This document shows positions 57,401 through 64,000 of a stretch of DNA of 64,000 nucleotides, in pieces; position 1 is the first letter of the stretch, and each line of letters opens with the position of its first letter. Source of the DNA: Verrucomicrobiia bacterium (GTDB lineage Bacteria; Verrucomicrobiota; Verrucomicrobiia; Limisphaerales; UBA1319); NCBI GenBank assembly GCA_963664225.1, contig OY760937.1, positions 5,504,001 to 5,568,000 on the forward strand, written 5' to 3'. The notes below the pieces were generated by a model. That model was not told the DNA's origin. It did not search any database and was given only the letters and a program-made list of their open reading frames with translations. The position numbers and the translations under genes were made by a program.

Positions 57401-58436
57401 GGTTTCAGACAGCACGCAGGATGAACTGGATCCGGACGTGCAGGCGGGCCGGGTGGTCTGGCAGGATTCCCGGGATGTGGGAGCCGGGGAGATCTACTTT
57501 AAGAACCTTGAGAGCGGCGAACTGAGGCGTTTGACGACTAATGCCTTTGGCCAGTATCATCCCGCCATCCACGGCAACGAGGTCGTGTGGCAGGATAATC
57601 GCAACGGCCAGGTGGACATTTACGCGTTCGACTTGCTTCGGGACACGGAGGTGCGGATCACGCAAACCGCCGAAAACGAGACCCGGCCGTTCATCGATGG
57701 GCCGTGGTGCGTTTGCGAGGAGGATTCCCTGGGCGTCTCGGTGGCCAATATACGGCTCATCCATCTGCCTACGCGACAAATCGTGCCGATCACGCGCACG
57801 ATGACCACCAAGTCGCGTCCGGCATTGGCCGCCAGTCACGTGGTGTGGCAGGATAGCGCCGGTGGGCAGAATACGATCATGTCCGCGGAGTTGCCGTCGT
57901 TGCAGCCCGTGTTCCAGAATCAGAATATCGTGGCGGTGACCGAGGCGCTGGCTGCCAATCAGCATGATGCCAGAACTTTGCTGTCGCGATGGAATGCGCA
58001 GGCCGGTGTGACGGAAGTGACGCGAGTCGCTTCGTTGACGCCCACGGTTACTTTTGAGACGGCTCGATGGAACAAAGGACAATTCAGCGGAACCAATTTC
58101 GTGCTGGCCGGCGGTTCGTTTTTGTGGGTGAAGTTCGATACGAATCAAGTCATCGACCTGGGGGTCAATGGCCGGGGCTTTGCCGATCTGAGCGCGGGTG
58201 TCAATGCCATCAGCTACACCGCGTTTCCCAATGATTATTCCGCGTATCAAATGGTGCGGCAGTTGGGTGTGGACAAGGTCAATGCGATCCGAATTCTCGA
58301 ATCGGAATCGGGTCGCTGGCTGGTGGCCGAAGTGCGAAACAGCCGGTTGATTGGTGATGATTTTCCGATCCCGCGCGCGGCGGTGGTCTTTGTGGATATG
58401 GATTCGGCAGTGACGCAGTGGCGGCCGGAACCCTGA
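54405..58436 (+). CDS. Large exported partner protein (1343 aa): N-terminal beta-rich domain, Ig-like repeats, FlgD-Ig-like domain, beta-propeller repeats
   Basis: ATGA overlap with the giant gene stop; signal ending ASA-QQ. FAWDGRNEQGTIMPPGWYTVRL (FlgD-Ig) and repeated VVWQDxR..GxxDIY units (Methanosarcina-surface/TolB-like propeller). Confidence 0.85.
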   Translation: MKTTPSILIRNLMKPIERILNVAPKWIGSCVCGLFLYCAMTASAQQEQRGLCAQVKIVILQELTLERIGFEATLEVTDNDGNDPITDFFADLTFENPALSTNGVANDASSLFFVRAPELQNISDVNGGGVIGPTKKAVIRWFIIPKIKAGGITPDGVRYKVGAKLSGKFQGIQLPSDVLQALPDTIVVRPEPQLEITYFQPRDVQGDNPFTPEVESPIPFSIGVLVKNSGYGIAHKLKIASQQPQIVENKRHLLLVAQLLGSRVNDAPLDNANLTVVLGDLNPGEAQKASWDMITSLSGEFTDFKASFTHASDLGGEETSVIKSINAYFIAHEVLNDMPGRDKLLDFLADTDRDENMIPDALYESEGNVEPVNYLANTTIDAISGTPGAYRISLDADRSGWCYMRLNDPGQNRLKIESIVRSDGKVINPHNMWTNTRYAKVTNARSDYLNLFDLVDLKKYTYTVQYAPSSIDTTPPATTLRFVGTSAYSNGRYYITPDAQMYFTAEDQSPVSIYYSLTNSAFIPAYPFVLRTPGEYALKYYGQDASGNREATNSTVLVVGNAGPTLLSFLGATQAVITSGDALSVRPNSADIRYRAGFSPVPVDAYLDIFQGVMGWPVVSGVPSSPTAATLAHLVIRGDWVDFYKYSLDGGAWSAEKPVAQILHLLNLSAAQHSVKVLGRSAYGDYGAETNAVAVQWTVDPAAPPTQITGTPATPTSDLFATLKVAGTGVNLYRWTLSNGYYRAPAGVAVPLSITNLGAGPQNISVIGLYSGAWQPTNNPTTAAWTVDPAYGSDYSSKTLVRSVTNRNVGFLPQSFAWDGRNEQGTIMPPGWYTVRLTLKDQVGRSTYATKLVQLGEFAGSFNALAAASRGPENPNARGRWAVWQDQSSGNSQIYAQDLLIPGNAPFGLTTSTRSQEKPRTDGRFVVWQSRQINGGWDIWIRDLLSGGQASALTSTTDVDETNPTVDWPWVVYQSKSSLDAKAPQQLKAVNLVTGVTQSVSDSTQDELDPDVQAGRVVWQDSRDVGAGEIYFKNLESGELRRLTTNAFGQYHPAIHGNEVVWQDNRNGQVDIYAFDLLRDTEVRITQTAENETRPFIDGPWCVCEEDSLGVSVANIRLIHLPTRQIVPITRTMTTKSRPALAASHVVWQDSAGGQNTIMSAELPSLQPVFQNQNIVAVTEALAANQHDARTLLSRWNAQAGVTEVTRVASLTPTVTFETARWNKGQFSGTNFVLAGGSFLWVKFDTNQVIDLGVNGRGFADLSAGVNAISYTAFPNDYSAYQMVRQLGVDKVNAIRILESESGRWLVAEVRNSRLIGDDFPIPRAAVVFVDMDSAVTQWRPEP

Positions 58437-58473
58437 ACGCGATCGAAAAATATTTGAGAGGAAACAATTTGAA

Positions 58474-59295
58474 ATGAAAAAGATCATCAATTACGCAGGC
58501 CTGCCAGCCGTCGCTGCCGTCTGGCTGCTGGCGGGCGTCTGCCAGGGCCATGGCGCAACGGTCGCGGATTTGCAGAAGCGCCTGGCGGAGGGCAAGCCCG
58601 TGACGATCATCGATGTGCGGCCCAACGAACTGTATCGCAATGGGCATATCGAGGGCGCGATCAACATTCCGGCGAATCTGTTGTCTGCGAAAAAGCTTCC
58701 CGCGCTGGGACAGGTCATCGTTTGCGCGGAAGGACTGGGTCGGGACAAAGTGGAGGAGTCGGTGAACTGTCTCAATGGAAAAACCGGGATTCAGGCGGAG
58801 GCGCTGGATGGCGGTTTTGCCGCATGGGAAACAGCGCAGGGCGGCAATACCCGGCCCATGGGATTGCAGCCGGAAAGCCTGGTCCACATCACGTACGATC
58901 AACTCAAGACAACGAAATTGACTGATGTTGTTCTGGTGGATCTGCGGCGGAACAGTCCCGCCACGCGTCAAAGCGTGAACAGCGCGACCAATGTTTCTGA
59001 AGCCGCGTTGACGGATCTCAGCAAAGAGTTTCCGGGGGCGGTGATTTCGCCATCCCCATTCAGTCTGGCAGGCGCAAAACAATCCAGTGCCAACCGGCGC
59101 GAATCCGCACCCTTATTGGTGCTCATAGACACCGGCAACGGAATCGCTGAAGAGACGGCGCGCAGCTTGCAGGCCAATGGCTACCGGAGGGTTGTGATTC
59201 TGGCAGGCGGTGAGCAGGCGCTGGCACGCCAGGGACAACCCGGATTGCAACGCATGGGATTGGGATCGGTGATGACGAGTGGCGCGGATCATTAA
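58474..59295 (+). CDS. Exported tandem rhodanese-like protein
   Basis: Signal peptide. Domain 1: IIDVRPNELYRNGHIEGAINIP...LDGGFAAW. Domain 2: VLVDLR...LAGG. Confidence 0.8.
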   Translation: MKKIINYAGLPAVAAVWLLAGVCQGHGATVADLQKRLAEGKPVTIIDVRPNELYRNGHIEGAINIPANLLSAKKLPALGQVIVCAEGLGRDKVEESVNCLNGKTGIQAEALDGGFAAWETAQGGNTRPMGLQPESLVHITYDQLKTTKLTDVVLVDLRRNSPATRQSVNSATNVSEAALTDLSKEFPGAVISPSPFSLAGAKQSSANRRESAPLLVLIDTGNGIAEETARSLQANGYRRVVILAGGEQALARQGQPGLQRMGLGSVMTSGADH

Positions 59296-59309
59296 AAAGG
59301 ACCATAGCG

Positions 59310-60728
59310 ATGATAAAACGAAAATGGGGTTTTTCATACGGGAATGGGGCATTAAGAGTTCTTGCCTTATCCCTACTCCTGAATCTTGCCGGCATGATTG
59401 GCGCGGCGGGGGCGGTGTCGATATCCGGCGTTCAGGCTGTGAATGTCAGATCCGCCGGATTTGCCCTGGTGTGGTCCGTGGCGGGCGCTTCTGATCCAGT
59501 GGTGTCTATTTTTGCCGATCCGCAGGGCAAGACCAACCTGGCTGGGATTGTTGGGATCGAATGGTTCCCCTTGAATGGTGGGAATACCATCGGGGATAGC
59601 GTGTATGAAAAGCGACAGACTCAAACCGCCACACGCGTGGAAACCAAAAAGGTGGGACTGGTCATGGCGCAAATATCAGGCTGCAAGCCGGCGACGCAGT
59701 ACTATTATCGCGTGGGCGCGAAGGTTAACGGCGTGATCGCGGCACAATGGCCGGATTCTGGAGATTTGCCTGCGATTACGACCGCAGAATCCAACGGTTT
59801 TATCATCGACTCCAAACAACTTCTGCTGACCATTCCCGGTGTGCGCACATATGGGCGCATCATGACGTTGTCCACCACGAACGCAGCATATCCGCTGGCG
59901 GCGGTGGTAGGGGATGGAGCGGACACCAACCAGGTTTACTTCAATCTGTCCGAGCTGCTGTCAAAAGACGGGAAGACGAATTATGCAGGATCGCTGGACG
60001 AGCGGTTGCTGGTTGAAATGCTGGGACCCTCGCTTGGACAGGCCACGCAAAGTTTCTACCTGGGATATTCCTCCAATTTTGTGGTGGGAACAGCGGAGGA
60101 GCGCCTCTTTGTTTTGGACTCCCTGTCCCTGACTTTAAGTGAAAATATTTTGTATGCAGGCAGCAATGGGTTTCTGGGCATCTATTTGAAGTGCAATGCC
60201 GCGATCACCAATGTCACGGTGGATCTGGATCTGCCGTTGAGCCGGTTCACCAATATCAATGTTGTGCCGCTTGCGGTTCAGGGCGGACAGGCCACACTGG
60301 AGGGGAATCGAACGCTGCATCTGAATTTGCGGGTGGATTCGCATCAAACTTACTCCCAGCCGACCCTGGTGGCCCGACTGGCCTATCAGACCGTGCTGGA
60401 TCAGATTTCGGCCATTGTGCCTGTCACCATTACCGGCATGACCTCGACAAGGCCCGATGGATTGCCGCTGGCCGCAGTTACCGGGTTTGGGAGTCGGATC
60501 ATCATTGTCGCAAAACAGCCCATACTTGAGGCGATGCGAGGGGCAGAGACTCCGAGGTCACTTATCGTTTACGGACGCGAAGGGGCGCAGTATCGCATTC
60601 AGAGTTCAACAGCGCCGGAATTAAAGAATTGGCCCGATTACATGAGCGTGACCCTGACCAATATCGCGCATCGTCTTGACGGTTTGACTCCCACCAACTT
60701 GAATCGTTTCTATCGTGCTCAACAGTAA
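59310..60728 (+). CDS. Exported protein with FN3-like and cohesin-like beta domains and a C-terminal Y.I.SS...W...RFYR module
   Basis: Signal peptide; ISGCKPATQYYYRV (FN3/purple acid phosphatase N-like); C-terminus YRIQSSTAPELKNW...NRFYRAQQ. Confidence 0.7.
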   Translation: MIKRKWGFSYGNGALRVLALSLLLNLAGMIGAAGAVSISGVQAVNVRSAGFALVWSVAGASDPVVSIFADPQGKTNLAGIVGIEWFPLNGGNTIGDSVYEKRQTQTATRVETKKVGLVMAQISGCKPATQYYYRVGAKVNGVIAAQWPDSGDLPAITTAESNGFIIDSKQLLLTIPGVRTYGRIMTLSTTNAAYPLAAVVGDGADTNQVYFNLSELLSKDGKTNYAGSLDERLLVEMLGPSLGQATQSFYLGYSSNFVVGTAEERLFVLDSLSLTLSENILYAGSNGFLGIYLKCNAAITNVTVDLDLPLSRFTNINVVPLAVQGGQATLEGNRTLHLNLRVDSHQTYSQPTLVARLAYQTVLDQISAIVPVTITGMTSTRPDGLPLAAVTGFGSRIIIVAKQPILEAMRGAETPRSLIVYGREGAQYRIQSSTAPELKNWPDYMSVTLTNIAHRLDGLTPTNLNRFYRAQQ

Positions 60729-60796
60729 TCGGGCTTGATTTTGGGCGCAGCCCGTGCGAAAGCTGCCGGTCAGCAGAAATGCGGTGGAACCGGCTG

Positions 60797-61861
60797 ATGA
60801 TAAGAAACATAATATTCGATTGGTCAGGCACACTGGTGGATGACCTGCCAGCCGTCTGGGAGGCGACTAACGAGGTGTTTCGTCGCGCGGGGGTTGCGGA
60901 ATTGACGCTCGATCAATTTCGGGCGGAATTCAGCCTTCCATTCACTCATTTTTATCAGCGGTTTGTTCCCAACACCTCGCCGGAACAGATCGAACTTTGG
61001 TTTCATGAGCGATTTCAGAATGTCACTCATCGCGTGCAGCCATTGGCCCATGCCCGCGAATTCCTTGAACACTGCCGGGAACAAAAACTGCGGTGCTTCA
61101 TCCTGACGAGTGTTAATAAGAAGTATTTTCCTGGACAGGCTGAAGCCACGGGGCTGGCAGGATATTTTGAGGGGGTTTACTCCGGGGTATTGGACAAGCG
61201 CGAACAAATCCGCATCCTTATGGATTCGCGCAAACTGGCAGAATCAGAGACGCTCTTTGTGGGGGACATGCAGCACGATATCGAAGCCGCCCGGAGCGGG
61301 GGGGTGCATTCCTGCGCGGTATTGACGGGTTACAACCGTTTGGAACAGCTTCGGCAGAGCGAACCTGACGTGATTGTCGAGCACCTGCGAGAATTATGGG
61401 AGATGCTTGAACGAAATAAAATGGAATGGCATCCATCCACCAATGGGAGCAACGGTGGTCATCCGATTGTGACGGTAGGCGCGCTCATCATGAATCATTC
61501 CAAGGAGGCCTTGCTGGTTCGAACCCAAAAATGGTCGGGGTTGTGGGGGATTCCAGGCGGAAAAGTGAAGACGGGCGAGACACTGGAAGCAGCGCTGCGG
61601 CGGGAAATCAAGGAAGAGACAAACCTGGATATTGACGATATCCGTTGGACGCTGGTGCAGGATTGCATCCATTCCCCGGAGTTTTATCGGGACGCCCATT
61701 TCGTGTTGATGAATTACACATGCCGCTGCCGTGAAGTTGCTGATGTGGTTCTTAATGACGAGGCGCAGGAATATCGCTGGCTGCCATTGAGTGAAGCCAG
61801 GAAGCTTCCGTTAAACCGGCCGACGCAGATTCTCCTGGACCATGTCCAATCTAAACAGTGA
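60797..61861 (+). CDS. HAD phosphatase - Nudix hydrolase fusion
   Basis: HAD motif I IIFDWSGTLVD and motif IV FVGDMQHDIEAA; intact Nudix box GGKVKTGETLEAALRREIKEETNL. Confidence 0.9.
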   Translation: MIRNIIFDWSGTLVDDLPAVWEATNEVFRRAGVAELTLDQFRAEFSLPFTHFYQRFVPNTSPEQIELWFHERFQNVTHRVQPLAHAREFLEHCREQKLRCFILTSVNKKYFPGQAEATGLAGYFEGVYSGVLDKREQIRILMDSRKLAESETLFVGDMQHDIEAARSGGVHSCAVLTGYNRLEQLRQSEPDVIVEHLRELWEMLERNKMEWHPSTNGSNGGHPIVTVGALIMNHSKEALLVRTQKWSGLWGIPGGKVKTGETLEAALRREIKEETNLDIDDIRWTLVQDCIHSPEFYRDAHFVLMNYTCRCREVADVVLNDEAQEYRWLPLSEARKLPLNRPTQILLDHVQSKQ

Positions 61862-62220
61862 AGAAGAACATGGACAAAATCACCATTCGCAATCTGGAAT
61901 TGTATTACCACGTCGGTGTTCCTGATGCGGAGCGATCGCAGGCCCAACGATTGCTGATCACCCTGGAAATGGAAGGCGATTTTTCCGAGGCGGCAAAAAC
62001 GGATGACCTTTCCAAAACGGTCGATTACTACAAAGTGGCGCAACGCTTGATTCACTTCGGCGATGGCCGGAGCTGGAAACTTATTGAAAAACTGGCCGCA
62101 GACATCATCGAAATGCTGTTTGCGGAGTTTGCGGCCGATGCCTTCGCAATCGAAATCAAGAAAATGGTTATTCCTGAGACGGAATACGTTTCCTTCTCCA
62201 TGAGTCGAAGCCGCGAATGA
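61858..62220 (+). CDS. folB: Dihydroneopterin aldolase
   Basis: MDKITIRNL, YHVGV...ER..AQRL, DDLSKTVDY, KLIEKLA. GTGA overlap with the upstream gene; alternative ATG at 61870. Confidence 0.92.
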   Translation: MKKNMDKITIRNLELYYHVGVPDAERSQAQRLLITLEMEGDFSEAAKTDDLSKTVDYYKVAQRLIHFGDGRSWKLIEKLAADIIEMLFAEFAADAFAIEIKKMVIPETEYVSFSMSRSRE

Positions 62221-63764
62221 CCGCATTTGATCCAGCCTGGATTGAAGGGGTCGGCGATAACCTTGAAAAACGGTGTCTTGTTCAAAAGGGCGCCCGCATG
62301 GTTGTTGCGGTATCGGGCGGTCTGGACTCGATGGTTTTGTTGCGTGTTCTCCATTCCATGGCGGCTCGCAACCAGTGGGAGCTCATGGTGGCCCATTTCA
62401 ACCACCAACTGCGGGGTCGGGCCAGCGATGCCGATGAAAGACTGGTGGCCAAAGTTGCTTCGGAACTGAAACTGCCGATGGTTTGCGGGCGAGGGGACGT
62501 GGCTGAATTGCAAAAGAAACTCGGAATTTCCCTTGAGATGGCCGCCAGGAAATTGCGGCATGAATTTCTGGCGAAAGCAGCGATTGAGTTTTCGAGCGGA
62601 TTCGAGAGTGCGCTGCCGGGAAAAGGAAGGGGTGGTCGTCAGAAGATGAAGTCCTGCACGAAACCTTCGGTGGAGGCGCTGCGTCCCACGGTTGCGCTTG
62701 CGCATCATGCCGATGACCAATCGGAATTGTTTTTTTTGCGTCTTTTTCGCGGAGCGGGTGGAGAGGGGATTGCGGGCATGCGGTGGTGCAATGACTCGCC
62801 CGCCAATCCGGAGGTGCGACTGATCCGGCCCCTGCTCAACCAACCCAAATCGGCATTGCTGGATTATGCTCGGCACGAGGGAATTGCTTATCGCGAGGAT
62901 GCTTCGAATAAGAAGACGGATATTTTGCGAAATCGTATCCGACATCGCCTATTGCCGATGCTGCGGAGCGAATTCCAGACTGATCTGGACGGCAAGATAT
63001 CGCGACTGATGGAAACGGTGGGAGCAGAGGCTGAATTTGCAAAATGCGAAGCCCGGAAGTGGTTGGCAATGAAGAAACCGGTGCGATTTGAAAAATTGCC
63101 GGCCGCGTTGCAGCGTCAGATCATCCGTCTTCAATTGCGGTCTTCAGGCTTTGAACCTGACTTTGAAGCGGTGGAGTATTTGCGGATCCATCCAGATCAA
63201 TCGATGAGTCTTGCGCGGGATTTGAATGCTCTTCGTAACGAGGAGGGACGAATCGCAGTAAGCTCTCCTAAGTTTTTGGATTTTCGTCCCGAGCAAACGC
63301 GATTGGATTTTAGTGATGGTGCCGGTCAAACGCAAATCGAAGGATTAAAGATTGAATGGGAGATTTTAAGTGGGACGGCTCTGGGGCGATTAAAAAGAGA
63401 ACTTCAAATTGGAACTGGAACGAATCGAGGGAACGTTTCCGAGAAATCTCGCAAGACCAACAAAGCGTTGGCTGGTTGCGAATATTTTGACGCGGACGCC
63501 ATTGGAAATTCGGCCGCACTCCGGCATTGGCAGGCGGGGGATCGGTTTCAACCGATTGGAATGGCACATTCTGCAAAGATTCAGGATCTTTTGACCAATC
63601 TGAAGGTACCCGCTGCAAAACGACGGTCGATATTTGTGGCAGAAGCTGAAAACCAAAGATTGTTTTGGGTGCAGGGATTGCGGATCTCTGAAGAATTCAA
63701 GATCCGGCAGCAGACGGGACGGTGTTTGCGTTGGGCCTGGAAAGCCATGGATGGTTTTATTTGA
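62217..63764 (+). CDS. tilS: tRNA(Ile)-lysidine synthetase
   Basis: VAVSGGLDS, AHFNHQLR, AHHADDQ, IRPLL, EDASN, RNRIR; C-terminal GDRFQPIG...KIQDLL domain. Confidence 0.95.
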   Translation: MTAFDPAWIEGVGDNLEKRCLVQKGARMVVAVSGGLDSMVLLRVLHSMAARNQWELMVAHFNHQLRGRASDADERLVAKVASELKLPMVCGRGDVAELQKKLGISLEMAARKLRHEFLAKAAIEFSSGFESALPGKGRGGRQKMKSCTKPSVEALRPTVALAHHADDQSELFFLRLFRGAGGEGIAGMRWCNDSPANPEVRLIRPLLNQPKSALLDYARHEGIAYREDASNKKTDILRNRIRHRLLPMLRSEFQTDLDGKISRLMETVGAEAEFAKCEARKWLAMKKPVRFEKLPAALQRQIIRLQLRSSGFEPDFEAVEYLRIHPDQSMSLARDLNALRNEEGRIAVSSPKFLDFRPEQTRLDFSDGAGQTQIEGLKIEWEILSGTALGRLKRELQIGTGTNRGNVSEKSRKTNKALAGCEYFDADAIGNSAALRHWQAGDRFQPIGMAHSAKIQDLLTNLKVPAAKRRSIFVAEAENQRLFWVQGLRISEEFKIRQQTGRCLRWAWKAMDGFI

Positions 63765-63795
63765 CATATTTTTGTCATGAATAACACTCGGACGC

Positions 63796-64000
63796 ATGAA
63801 CCACCGTTTGAATCGTCGTGAATTTCTTTCCGGCACTGCGCTGGCCTCTGCGGGTGTCGCCATTTCCTGTCAAACCAGCCCTGTTCTCGCAGCCGAGGCT
63901 CAATCCACTCCAACAACCAAGGTTGTGTTTGGATCGAAGGGGACCATGCCGACGGGAAAGATTGGCAGCCTGACCGTAAGCAGGTTGATTTCCGGAGGCA
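63796..64000 (+). CDS. Tat-exported protein (possibly aldo/keto reductase-like), truncated at window end; not in the supplied ORF track
   Basis: Hand translation MNHRLNRREFLSGTALASAG...MPTGKIGSLTVSRLISGG shows twin-arginine motif NRREFL and a frame open to the window edge. Confidence 0.7.
   Translation, partial: MNHRLNRREFLSGTALASAGVAISCQTSPVLAAEAQSTPTTKVVFGSKGTMPTGKIGSLTVSRLISGG

Noticed and set aside
1..64000. rRNA, tRNA, prophage or defence-system genes
   Set aside because: None recognised by eye; a covariance-model scan would be needed to exclude small RNAs.

Overview
Bacterial chromosomal window, probably Verrucomicrobiota. This is an inference from a DUF5069-like gene, an exported protein ending in an ...RFYR motif and the style of the REP-like palindromes. 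1-27.7 kb: housekeeping, envelope and carbohydrate genes (GHMP kinase end, CoA-ligase-like protein, alr, GH43, Gfo/Idh/MocA, aminopeptidase P, Crp/Fnr regulator, GT9, family-4 UDG, SGNH hydrolase, methyltransferase, KpsF/GutQ, uppP, olsA/olsB-like pair). This part also holds a type IV pilus/T2SS-like operon with two tandem lipoprotein secretins. 27.8-31.1 kb: an IS3-family element with a -1 frameshift site, followed by a ~217-bp repeat array interleaved with REP-like hairpins. 31.2-33.5 kb: a GH95/DUF5703-like hydrolase. 33.8-60.7 kb: a four-gene operon of exported proteins led by a ~6860-aa giant surface protein (C-type lectin, three ~950-aa FG-GAP/PPC/LamG super-repeats, CARDB, FN3/Ig). The giant ends in a Hint domain that keeps the N-terminal cleavage residues but has lost the C-terminal ones, as in Hedgehog. 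It is translationally coupled to a 1343-aa partner and followed by an exported tandem rhodanese and another exported protein. 60.8-64 kb: HAD-Nudix fusion, folB, tilS and the start of a Tat-exported protein. The two best candidates for undescribed biology are the Hint-terminated giant-protein operon and the HAD-Nudix fusion coupled to folB, a candidate enzyme for both dephosphorylation steps of pterin/folate synthesis. All assignments come from motif recognition; no database searches were run.
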